Of a DNA stretch of 64,000 nt, positions 30,201-39,343 are shown in pieces; position 1 is the first letter of the stretch; each line of letters starts with the position of its first letter. The notes beneath the pieces are model-generated. The model saw only the letters and a list, made by a program, of their open reading frames with translations. It made no database searches and was not told the origin of the DNA. A program made the position numbers and the translations under genes. This DNA comes from an uncultured delta proteobacterium (GTDB taxonomy: Bacteria > Desulfobacterota > Binatia > Binatales > Binataceae). The stretch lies in NCBI GenBank assembly GCA_963834535.1, contig CAWICC010000006.1, forward strand, positions 51,438 through 115,437, read 5' to 3'.

Positions 30201-31304
30201 CTAGCGTTCGAGTTCGCCGGTGATGAACTTTTCGACGCGGTCGCGGGCGATGTCGTCGGGAATCTGGCGCGGCGGATGCTTCATCGTATAGGCGGAGATG
30301 GAGTAGAGGGGGCCGCCGATTTTACGGTCGCGGGCGAGCTTGAGGCAGCGGATGGCGTCGATGACGACACCGCCGGAGTTGGGCGAATCCTGCACGGACA
30401 TGCGCAGCTCGAGTTCGATGGGGATGCCGGCGAAGCCTTCGCCCTCGATGCGGAGGAAGCAGACTTTGTTGTCGTTCTGCCAGGGGATGTAATCGGAGGG
30501 GCCGATGTGAACGTCAACATCGGGCATCCGCTCGGGGAGGTTGGACTGGACGGCCTCGGTCTTGGAGGTGCGCTTGGAGCCGAGGCGGGCGCGATCGAGC
30601 ATATTGAGGAAGTCGGTATTGCCGCCGGTATTGAGCTGGTAGGTATGCTTGAGCTTGATGCCGCGGTCGGCGAACAGCTTCATGATGGTGCGATGGAGGA
30701 TGGTGGAGCCGAGCTGGGACTTGACGTTGTCGCCGACGACGGGGATTTTGCGCTCGGTGAATTCGGCCGCCCATTTTTCGTTCGAGACGATGAACACGGG
30801 CATGCAGTTGATGAGGCTGACGCCGGTTTCAAGGCAGGCGCGGGCATAGCGCTCGACGGCCTTCTGGCTGCCGACGGGCAGATAACAGAGCATCACCTCG
30901 GCGCCGCTGTCGCGCAGGCGCTTTTCGATATCGACGGGCTTGGCGGATGCGGGCAGGAAGGTGCGGTCGGCGGGATAGGAACTCATGTGTGGGGCGATGC
31001 CATCGTGGATTTCGCCCATATCGACGGTGACGCCATAAGAGGGGAGGTCGCGCCAGATGGTGACGGTGTTATTGGGTTGCGAGAAGCAGGCGTCCTCGAG
31101 CGGCCGGTCGATCTTGCGGGAGTCAACGTCGAAGGCGCAGGCGACTTCGATGTCGGCGGGGAGGTAGCCGCCGAGATCATAATGCATCAGGCCGACGGGC
31201 TTGTGGCGGGCGCCGTCGGAGGCATGCTTATAGAATTCAAGACCTTGGAGCAGGGAAGATGCACAGTTGCCTACCCCGACTATGGCGATCCGAATCTTGG
31301 ACAT
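30201..31304 (-). CDS. ino1: Myo-inositol-1-phosphate synthase
   Basis: IVGVGNCASSL, YLPVGS, KSQLG, YQLNTGGNTDFLNM, SKTEAV, DSPNSGG. Confidence 0.95.
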   Translation of the reverse strand: MSKIRIAIVGVGNCASSLLQGLEFYKHASDGARHKPVGLMHYDLGGYLPADIEVACAFDVDSRKIDRPLEDACFSQPNNTVTIWRDLPSYGVTVDMGEIHDGIAPHMSSYPADRTFLPASAKPVDIEKRLRDSGAEVMLCYLPVGSQKAVERYARACLETGVSLINCMPVFIVSNEKWAAEFTERKIPVVGDNVKSQLGSTILHRTIMKLFADRGIKLKHTYQLNTGGNTDFLNMLDRARLGSKRTSKTEAVQSNLPERMPDVDVHIGPSDYIPWQNDNKVCFLRIEGEGFAGIPIELELRMSVQDSPNSGGVVIDAIRCLKLARDRKIGGPLYSISAYTMKHPPRQIPDDIARDRVEKFITGELER

Positions 31305-31640
31305 TTCCCTCTTTAGTTGCGGTTGACGCTGCGTGCCATCAACAGCTCTCAGCCATGGACCCGGCCTTCGCTATTGGCGAAGAATAAGGGTCGGCGATCG
31401 TTAAGTTTTTATAGGACGGTAACATCAAAGTAAATTAGGCAGACTGATTCCTGTGCACAGACCGCAAATTGCGAATCGCGTAGGAAAGCGGTCATGGATG
31501 GTAGCATCCGCCGTGCGGCGGCAATCCCCTGCGGCCCCACATCACAGTAATGGCGATAATAGGCGGGATCGACGTTGGAAGCGAACGCTGGCGGCGGGAA
31601 TATCGGGGAGATGAGGCGGAATTTGTCGCGTTGGTGACAG

Positions 31641-32714
31641 TTATATTCGTTCGATAACCTCGCGGGCGAAGTCGTCAACAAATTCCGCGAATCCATCCAT
31701 CGGTGGATTAAGAATGATCTGGTTGAGTCCGGCGGTGTCCAAGGCCCGCAACTGTTCGATTACGTGATCGCGCGGGCCGATCAGAGTGGTGGCGCGGATG
31801 GTCTCGGGCGTGACGAAGCGGAGTTCGCGATCGGGTACGAAGGTGCAGTGACCGTTGTGCAGTTCGAGGTAGTGCTCGTCGGGCGGTCCCGGCAGGTGGG
31901 CGAGGTAGTCGGCGTAAGCGTCGTAAACCTTGCGGGCGTCGGCCGGGAGAGACCGCGGCTTGGCGTAGCCGGCGGCGATGGCATGGAGGCAGGTGATGAC
32001 CCAAGGCCCGACCATCTGGCGGACGCGCGGAGAGTCGATCGCTTCGCCGGGCCTGGTGACCATCACATGGGTGAGGGAAACGCAGGGGAGCGGATGATGG
32101 AGTTCGCGGCCGGCATTGCGGGCGCCTTCGGCGGCGTGGCGGAAAACCGCTTGGAGGCGTTCGGGCGTAGCGACGCCGGTGGTGATGATGCCGTCGCCGA
32201 ACTCGCCCGCGATGCCGAGCGTGCGGGGACCGTTGGCGGCGACGTAGAAGGGGATCGGATCGTCGAGATTGATGAAGCGGCGGTCGCGGTGGAGGTAGCG
32301 AATTCTGCGGCTTAAGCCCTCGGTGTTGTAGGTCGCTTCGCCGTGTTTGAGGAGGTCGCGAATGACGCGGGTCTGTTCGCGGAAATCGGCGAAGCGCACC
32401 GGCGGCAGGCCCATCACGCGGCGCCCGGTATGGCCGGTGCCGAAGCCGAGAATGACGCGGCCGGGGGCGATTTCGTTGATGGTGGCGATGGAGTGGACGG
32501 TGACCGGGGGAATGCGATTGGAAGCGACGGAGATGCCGGTGGCGAGCTTGATGGAGGTGGAGTTGACGGCGGCCAGCGCCATGCATGCGTAGACGTCGCC
32601 CCAGATCATCTGGGAATCGGCGAACCAGGCATGGGAAAAACCGCGCTGCTCGATGAGCCTGGTATCGCTGATGGCGCGTTGGGGCTTGGTGAAAATGAGC
32701 GTGCCAAATTCCAT
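31641..32714 (-). CDS. LLM-class flavin/F420-dependent oxidoreductase
   Basis: GFSHAWFADS, APGRVILGFGTG, YVAANGPRTL..AGEFGDG. Confidence 0.9.
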   Translation of the reverse strand: MEFGTLIFTKPQRAISDTRLIEQRGFSHAWFADSQMIWGDVYACMALAAVNSTSIKLATGISVASNRIPPVTVHSIATINEIAPGRVILGFGTGHTGRRVMGLPPVRFADFREQTRVIRDLLKHGEATYNTEGLSRRIRYLHRDRRFINLDDPIPFYVAANGPRTLGIAGEFGDGIITTGVATPERLQAVFRHAAEGARNAGRELHHPLPCVSLTHVMVTRPGEAIDSPRVRQMVGPWVITCLHAIAAGYAKPRSLPADARKVYDAYADYLAHLPGPPDEHYLELHNGHCTFVPDRELRFVTPETIRATTLIGPRDHVIEQLRALDTAGLNQIILNPPMDGFAEFVDDFAREVIERI

Positions 32715-32894
32715 CACAAGGGTCCCTCCGGCTCTACGCGAGGCGCAGCCGGCACCATAGCGAAAGCCGAGGGGATGATCTAACGGGAATTGCCTCAGGG
32801 TTGAGTCGCGGTCCCGCCGGCCGGTCATCCTGATACGTCATCCCACGCCGCAGGATCGCAGCGAATGGATGTTAAGGCGGCTGACGAAGCGGGG

Positions 32895-34217
32895 CTACAG
32901 CCAGTGGCGGAGGGGAGATCCGTGGTAGCGCATGCGCGGGCGAATGAGGCGGTTGTCGGCGGATTGTTCGAGGCTGTGCGCGATCCATCCGGCGGCGCGG
33001 CCGATAGCGAAGATGGCGGCGGGCATCCCGCGCGGAAAGCCGATTAGCCGCACGCAAACGGTCAGGTAGAAATCGAGATTGGGACGGAGGCGCGCGCGCT
33101 TCCAGACGGCGTCCTCGACCCTGAGGGCGGTCTCGAAGAGCTTGCGCCCCTTGCGTTTGGCGATGGCGCGGGCGACGCGCTTGAGGAGTGTCGCGCGGGG
33201 ATCGCCATGCGGGTAGATGGTATGGCCGAAGCCGGGCGGCAGCGAATGCCTGGCGCCGAAGGCGTCGAGGGCCTGGTCGATGCGGAGGCCGGCGTCGAGG
33301 TCGGCGAACATGCTCTCGATGCGATCGCAGGCGCCGCCGTGAATCGGTCCCGAGAGCGAGCATAGGGCGGCGAGGACGGAGGCATAGAGGTCAGCGCCGG
33401 TGCTGGCGACGACGCGGGCGGCGAAGGTGGAGGCGTTGAGCTCGTGCTCGGCGCAAGCGACGAGGACGCGGTCGAGTGCGGCGCGATCGGCGTCGGAGAA
33501 AGCGGCGAGGGCGCGGGCGCCGAGACTGGCGGCGACGCCGCGAGTCTCGGCGTCGGCGGCGGCGTCGTCGTGGGCGGCGGGCGGCAGGCCGAGCGGCAGA
33601 ACCGTGATGATGAGACGGGCCTGGTCGAGGCGCGAGCGCGCGGGGAGGCGATGCTCGGCGGCGGCGAGGCTGGGCATCATCACGGCGAGGCGGAGCAAGG
33701 GCGGCGCATCGGCGCCGACGGCCGCAAGGGCGGCGACGACCGGCGGTGGAATGCGCGCCGCGGCGATGGCGGCACAGAATAAATCGACCTCTTCGGGCCG
33801 CGGACGCACGCCGCTCCACAGCAGCAGGCAGACCTCTTCGAAGGAGGCGTGTTCGATCAATTCCTCGATCGGGTAGCCGCGATAGGCGAGCTTGCCTTCG
33901 ATAATCGAGCTGACGGCGGATTCGGCGACGATGACGCCGGTGGAAGATCCGTCGCTGGGCGGCTGGGCCACGGTAACCCATGAGGACGCGTCGGGGAGGG
34001 AGCGTGCGCGCACGCCGCGTTCGGGCGCGATTACTCCGCGCAGGGCCTCGATATCGGCGCGGCGATAGAGGGCCTGGCGCCCGACCTTGCGGCGATAGCT
34101 TTTAAGCCAGCCGCGGCTGACGTAGGCGTAAAGCGTGCCGAGCTTGACGCCGAGTTGCGCCGCCGCCTCGCCCGCCGTGAGCATCTGGGCTCCGGAGTTC
34201 GTCGGATGAGCCGCCAC
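32895..34217 (-). CDS. Citrate synthase-like protein with N-terminal helix-turn-helix
   Basis: LTAGEAAAQLGVKLGTLYAYVSRG (HTH); EHELNASTFAARV, GPIHGGA, PGFGH, DPRA, PNLDF. Confidence 0.9.
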   Translation of the reverse strand: MAAHPTNSGAQMLTAGEAAAQLGVKLGTLYAYVSRGWLKSYRRKVGRQALYRRADIEALRGVIAPERGVRARSLPDASSWVTVAQPPSDGSSTGVIVAESAVSSIIEGKLAYRGYPIEELIEHASFEEVCLLLWSGVRPRPEEVDLFCAAIAAARIPPPVVAALAAVGADAPPLLRLAVMMPSLAAAEHRLPARSRLDQARLIITVLPLGLPPAAHDDAAADAETRGVAASLGARALAAFSDADRAALDRVLVACAEHELNASTFAARVVASTGADLYASVLAALCSLSGPIHGGACDRIESMFADLDAGLRIDQALDAFGARHSLPPGFGHTIYPHGDPRATLLKRVARAIAKRKGRKLFETALRVEDAVWKRARLRPNLDFYLTVCVRLIGFPRGMPAAIFAIGRAAGWIAHSLEQSADNRLIRPRMRYHGSPLRHWL

Positions 34218-34537
34218 GCGCTGATCACGCCATCATGGCCGCCTCGCGTCAAGTATTCGCGGGCGACGCGGGTGGGCGCGAAATCCGAGACCGGTGAGGG
34301 GATGGTGGTTGGGGAACAAAGAACTCCATTTTTGGAGAAACCTTTGAAGGGTTTCACACTTCCCATTGTGAACGGTAAATGGCAGGGTCTTGCGGCCGGC
34401 GTCGATGAGACCCGGCGTGGTTCATCAAGCATGGATCACGCTGCAGCCGCGGAGTGAGGCGTGGGGCTTAGTGGAGCGAGGCATATTGGCGGTGCCTTCG
34501 GCACCGATGGCGGGAGGACGGCAGGGGTCCAAAGACT

Positions 34538-34589
34538 TTGACGGGAAGCGGCGCACAGTCGTATTAATAGCTGCTGGAGGCCTCCAGCA
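34538..34589 (+). promoter_or_regulatory. Putative sigma-70 promoter plus perfect 18-bp palindrome over the RBS
   Basis: TTGACG (34538) ... TATTAA (34562); TGCTGGAGG|CCTCCAGCA at 34572-34589. Confidence 0.5.
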
Positions 34590-34591
34590 CG

Positions 34592-35611
34592 ATGAAAGCG
34601 ATCGCGAAAACGCGGCCTGAACTGGGCGTGGAAATCGTCGAGGTGCCGGTGCCGAAGCCGGGCCCCGAGGAACTACTGGTGAAAGTGGCGGCCTGCGGCA
34701 TCTGCGGGTCGGACTTGCATATCTATTTGTGGGAGCTGGGGGCGGAGCGCGCGGTGCCGTCGATGCCGGCGGTGATCGGGCATGAGCCGGCGGGAGAGGT
34801 GGTGGAAGTGGGCAAGGGGGTGAGCGGTTTCAAGGTCGGCGATCACGTCGCGCTGGATCCGTTCGGACCGTGCGGGAGGTGCCCGGCGTGCACGTCGGGG
34901 CGGTTCAATTTTTGTCATACGCCGGGACGGCTGGGCGGGGCGTTTGCGGAGTACTCGATCGCGCCGGTACGCAACTCGTGGGTGGTGCCGAAGGCGATGG
35001 ACATGGAGCAGGCGGCGATGCTGGAGCCGTTCGCGACGGGGCTGCATGCGATCGAGGAATCGTCGCTGGGAGCGGGCGACAGCGCGGTAATCGAGGGGCC
35101 GGGGCCGATCGGCTTGTGCACGGCGTTGGCGGCGCGAGCGCTGGGGTTGTCGCAGATCGTAATCACCGGCCTGGCGGCCGATGCGGAGCGGCTGGCGCTC
35201 GCGCGGGAGATGGGTTTCAAGACGGTGTGCGCGTCCGATCGCGACTGGATCGACCAGGTCCGCGGGCTGCTGCCGGAGCATGGGGCGGACGTGGTTTTCG
35301 ACGCGGCGGGATTCCTCGACTCGGTGCGGCACCTGGTGAAGCGGGGGGGCGAAGTGGTCGAGCTGGGGTGGCCGGCGCGCGATATTCCGAGCGCGGAGAT
35401 GCGGTCGCTGTTTTTCCACGGAGTGAAGATAATCCCGTCGCGCGTGCGGATGCCCGAGACCTGGCGGCGGGCGGTGGCGATGGTGGCGAGCGGGGCGATC
35501 GACATGAAGCCGATGATCACGCATCGGTTCGACCTGGACCACGGGGTGGAGGCGTTCGAGTTGCTGCGCAAGCGCAAGGGCGTCAAAGCTCTGATCATGC
35601 CGCAACTGTAG
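34592..35611 (+). CDS. Zinc-dependent medium-chain alcohol dehydrogenase (Tdh/sorbitol DH-like)
   Basis: GICGSDLH, GHE..G, CGRC..C..G..NFC, GPGPIGL. Confidence 0.92.
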   Translation: MKAIAKTRPELGVEIVEVPVPKPGPEELLVKVAACGICGSDLHIYLWELGAERAVPSMPAVIGHEPAGEVVEVGKGVSGFKVGDHVALDPFGPCGRCPACTSGRFNFCHTPGRLGGAFAEYSIAPVRNSWVVPKAMDMEQAAMLEPFATGLHAIEESSLGAGDSAVIEGPGPIGLCTALAARALGLSQIVITGLAADAERLALAREMGFKTVCASDRDWIDQVRGLLPEHGADVVFDAAGFLDSVRHLVKRGGEVVELGWPARDIPSAEMRSLFFHGVKIIPSRVRMPETWRRAVAMVASGAIDMKPMITHRFDLDHGVEAFELLRKRKGVKALIMPQL

Positions 35612-35811
35612 TAGGAAGAGGCTCCATTGCGGGGAGCGCGCAGGGTCTCGGGCCGCTGATCAACTGACTATTGCGACGACTGCCTAAACGATGAGCGGCT
35701 GGACGAGGCGAGATTGCAGAGTTGGTAAAAATGAAGTAACGCGAATGCGGACTGACTATATCAACCGGACTATGCAGTTACATCAGGAAGGGTGAACTGA
35801 CTATTGAGGTG

Positions 35812-36191
35812 AACTGACTATGCGAAATGGATTCAAGATCGTCGCTACGGATTCTCATTTACATTAGGCGAGCATGCGAGCCGAGCAAACGAGTCTGCGA
35901 GGTGCGCTAAAAATTCGGAGTAACTGACTATGCGAAATGGATTCAAGATCGTCGATACGGATTCTCATCTACATTAGGCGAGCATGCGAGCCGAGCTAAC
36001 GAGTCTGCGAGGTGCGCAAACAATTCGGAGTAACTGACTATGCGAAATGGATTCAAGATCGTCGATACGGATTCTCATCTACATTAGGCGAGCATGCGAG
36101 CCGAGCTAACGAGTCTGCGAGGTGCGCAAACAATTCGGAGTAACTGACTATGCGAAATGGATTCAAGATCGTCGATACGGATTCTCATCTA
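35812..36191 (+). repeat. 110-bp tandem repeat, ~3.5 copies, containing the RBS and first 14 codons of the downstream gene
   Basis: AACTGACTATGCGAAATGGATTCAAGATCGTCG.TACGGATTCTCAT.TA recurs with ATG at 35820, 35930, 36040, 36150; copies 2 and 3 identical, copy 1 has 5 substitutions. Confidence 0.97.
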
Positions 36192-37268
36192 ATGGAACCG
36201 GAATGGCTCTGGGAGCGGTATATCGAGGACGAGTTCAAGGAGCGCGCGCCGAAGATCGGGCGGGCGCCTGAATCGAATCGGCGGACGTTCCTGGTGGAAG
36301 GCGAATCGTTCGTGCGGGAGAAGGGCAAGTATCCGATGGCGGCGCCGGCCTTTCTGAGCGCGGTCAGCAAGGCGATGAAACGCTTCGACACGGCCAAGGC
36401 GGACGGCTTCAGTGCGAAGAGCCGGCTGCACGATATGGACGAGCAGGGCGTGGACGTACAGATCATGTATCCGACGGTGGCGGGACAGATGCTGGGGCGC
36501 GAGTTTCGCGATATCAAGCTGCTGGCGGCATGTACGCGGGCATACAACGACTGGGCGTGCGACTATGCGTCGGCGGATCCGGTGCGGCTGAAATGGGCGG
36601 CGGGGTTGCCGATGCAGAGCGTCGAGGAGGCGATGAAGGAAGCGCGGCGCGCGGCGGACAAGGGCTGCATGAGCTACTACATGCGGCCGAACCCGGTGGG
36701 GGGTCATAACCTGTGGGACGACGCGCTGCTGCCGCTGTGGGACGAGATCGAGCAGATCGGGAAACCGATCTCGACGCACGAATCGGCGTCGTCGGCGGTG
36801 CCGGGCTTCGGCGACCGGATGGACACGCACGTGAGCGGGCACATCCTGTCGCATCCGTTCGAGGCGATGGCGGCGATGGCGGGGCTCATCTGGTACGGCA
36901 TCTTCGAGAAATTTCCGAAGCTGAAGGTGATTCACGTAGAGGCGGACGGCGGTTGGGTGCCGTACTGGCTGCAGCGGATGGAACAGCATTGGGAATTCAG
37001 CGGGAACGCGGAACATGAGTATTTGAAACTGCGTCCGACTGAGTATTTCAAACGCAACGTATGCGTGGCCTTCCGGGGCGACGAACCGACGATGAAAGCG
37101 GCGATCGAGCTGGTGGGGGCCGACAACTTCACGTGGGACACTGACTATCCGCATCCGGACGGCACCTATCCGTGGGGAATCGAGGCGATGCTGAAGCAGC
37201 CGATCAGCGACGAGGCGCGGCGCAAGATTTTCTGGGACAACGGGGCGCGGACGTTCAACCTGTCGTAA
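36150..37268 (+). CDS. Amidohydrolase family 2 protein
   Basis: IVDTDSH, DMDEQGVD...YPT, AYNDW, H..E, E...GW, TDYPHPD. Confidence 0.9.
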   Translation: MRNGFKIVDTDSHLMEPEWLWERYIEDEFKERAPKIGRAPESNRRTFLVEGESFVREKGKYPMAAPAFLSAVSKAMKRFDTAKADGFSAKSRLHDMDEQGVDVQIMYPTVAGQMLGREFRDIKLLAACTRAYNDWACDYASADPVRLKWAAGLPMQSVEEAMKEARRAADKGCMSYYMRPNPVGGHNLWDDALLPLWDEIEQIGKPISTHESASSAVPGFGDRMDTHVSGHILSHPFEAMAAMAGLIWYGIFEKFPKLKVIHVEADGGWVPYWLQRMEQHWEFSGNAEHEYLKLRPTEYFKRNVCVAFRGDEPTMKAAIELVGADNFTWDTDYPHPDGTYPWGIEAMLKQPISDEARRKIFWDNGARTFNLS

Positions 37269-37311
37269 CGCGGAAAAGCGGGCGGATGGTTGGGCCAAGA
37301 GGCGAAGATCA

Positions 37312-38505
37312 GTGGATTTTGAATACACTCCGGAGCAGGAAGCCTTTCGCCGGGAAGTGCGGACGTGGCTGCAGGAGAACCTGCCGCCCGAACTGTGCAT
37401 CGACGATCCGATGGACGAGCGGATCGCGCCGAATCGCGAGGTCTTCGAGCAGCGGCGGGCGTGGCAGCAGAAGCTGGCAGCGGCCGGATGGGTGGGGCTG
37501 TCGTGGCCGCAGGAATATGGCGGCCGGCAAGCCCATCTGATGGAGCAGGTGATCTTCGACGAGGAGTACTTCAAGGCGCGCGCGCCGGTGCTGCCGGGCT
37601 ATTCGGGGGTGGGCCTGTTCGGACCGACGCTGATGCAGTGGGGCACGGCGGAGCAGAAGGCCAAGTATCTGCCGCGCATCCTGGCGGCCGACGACGTGTG
37701 GTGCCAGGGCTATTCGGAGCCGGGCGCGGGGTCGGATCTGGCGGGCTTGCAGACGCGGGCGGAGCTGAAGGGCGACTACTTTATAATCAACGGGCAGAAG
37801 GTCTGGACGTCGGGGGCGCAGTACGCGGACAAGATGTTCCTGCTGGCGCGGACGGATCCGGACGCGCCGAAGCACAAGGGCATCAGCTACCTGATAATCG
37901 ACGACATGAAGAGCGCGGGGGTGGAGGTGCGGCCGCTGGTGGTGATGAACGGGCATCATCATTTCAACGAAGTATTCTTCGATAACGTGCAGATTCCGAA
38001 AGAGAATATCGTTGGGCCGCTGAACGAAGGGTGGAAGGTGACGATGACGACGCTGGCATTCGAGCGCGGGATGGCGGGCGGCGGCGGACATTCGGCGCAA
38101 GTACGGCGGCTGGCGGAGCTGGCGCGAGCGATCAAGATCGAGGGGCGTCCGGCGTGGGAGCAGGAATGGGTGCGGCAGGAGCTGGCGCAATTCACGATCG
38201 AATGCGAAGCGGCGAAGTACACGCGTCTGCGATCGCTGACGCGATTGCTCAAGGGCCTGCCGCCGGGACCGGAAGGATCGACGCTGAAGCTGGTCGGGTC
38301 GGAGCTGGGGGTGCGGATAGCGCGGTTCGCGAGTGAGTTATTGGGCAGCTATGCGATCCTGGGCGAGCCGACGGATGCGGTACCGGATGCGCCGCGGTGG
38401 CAGAATCGATTACTCAGTTCGCGGCAATATACTATTGCGGGCGGCACCAGTGAGATCCAGCGCAACATTCTTGGAGAGCGCCAGCTAGGCCTGCCCAAGG
38501 GATGA
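37312..38505 (+). CDS. Acyl-CoA dehydrogenase (FadE-like)
   Basis: WPQEYGG, WCQGYSEPGAGSDLA, NGQKVWTS, FNEVFFDNV, TIAGGTSEIQRNI. Confidence 0.94.
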   Translation: MDFEYTPEQEAFRREVRTWLQENLPPELCIDDPMDERIAPNREVFEQRRAWQQKLAAAGWVGLSWPQEYGGRQAHLMEQVIFDEEYFKARAPVLPGYSGVGLFGPTLMQWGTAEQKAKYLPRILAADDVWCQGYSEPGAGSDLAGLQTRAELKGDYFIINGQKVWTSGAQYADKMFLLARTDPDAPKHKGISYLIIDDMKSAGVEVRPLVVMNGHHHFNEVFFDNVQIPKENIVGPLNEGWKVTMTTLAFERGMAGGGGHSAQVRRLAELARAIKIEGRPAWEQEWVRQELAQFTIECEAAKYTRLRSLTRLLKGLPPGPEGSTLKLVGSELGVRIARFASELLGSYAILGEPTDAVPDAPRWQNRLLSSRQYTIAGGTSEIQRNILGERQLGLPKG

Positions 38506-38509
38506 GCAG

Positions 38510-39124
38510 CTAGTGGGCGGCGCGGTCGGTGCGATCCTGGCGATCGCCAGTTCGCCAGGGCTGCGCCTGTAGCTGCGAGGCCTCACGCGCGGCCTCTTCC
38601 GCGGTGGGCGGCTCGACGATGACCTCGCCGATCATCCCGTCGACCTCGTGCGACATGCAGAAGTAGCGGTACTTCCCGGGCGTCGTGAAGGTGTGGCGAT
38701 ACTTGCCGCCGGGCATCACGTTGCCGGAGGAGAAAGTTGGCACTTCGGCGGGGAGCGCGACGTCGTCGAGTTTGTTGGCGCGGGTAGGATCATCAACGAC
38801 CGAATGGCTGACCTGGCCGGTGTTGATCCACTCGACGGTTTGACCGACGCGAATAACGATGCTGTCGGGCTGGTACATCGGGGCGTCATCGCTCATCTTG
38901 ACGATGGCGGTGGGGCCGGGAATCGCGGATAGGTCAGGCGCGGAGTCATTGGTCGCAGTGGCCCGCACCGACGCCGGCGTATCCGGCGGCGTAGCGTGAG
39001 CACTGCCCGCCAGCAAAGGGGTAAGCGAGAGAATTCCAGCAATGAGCGCAATACTGCAAAAAAACGCGCACACCCCGGGTCCCCTTTCGGAGTTGGTCGC
39101 GAATATAGGCACGGCTAAATTCAA
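38510..39124 (-). CDS. Exported cupredoxin (plastocyanin/azurin family)
   Basis: Signal peptide; HSV and YFCMSHEVDGM type-1 copper ligands. Confidence 0.88.
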   Translation of the reverse strand: MNLAVPIFATNSERGPGVCAFFCSIALIAGILSLTPLLAGSAHATPPDTPASVRATATNDSAPDLSAIPGPTAIVKMSDDAPMYQPDSIVIRVGQTVEWINTGQVSHSVVDDPTRANKLDDVALPAEVPTFSSGNVMPGGKYRHTFTTPGKYRYFCMSHEVDGMIGEVIVEPPTAEEAAREASQLQAQPWRTGDRQDRTDRAAH

Positions 39125-39343
39125 TATGCAAAATTAGAGTCCCTACTGCAATGATAATCGCATCAGATGACAAGGCCGCTGAAAAGCCTTTTTAATCGAG
39201 GCCTATTTTCGCACTGAATCCGGTTCGGCGCGTTGGGTTGTTGTTTCCGACGAGCGTAACGAGGCGTGGCGGTTGGTGCGCGGAGGGTCAATCCTGCAGG
39301 GTGGCGGGAAACATGGTTGCGGCGCAGACGACGCGCGGAGACC

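Noticed and set aside
35812-36191. CRISPR array
   Set aside because: The whole 110-bp unit repeats with no unique spacers, the unit includes the start of the next gene, and no cas genes are present.
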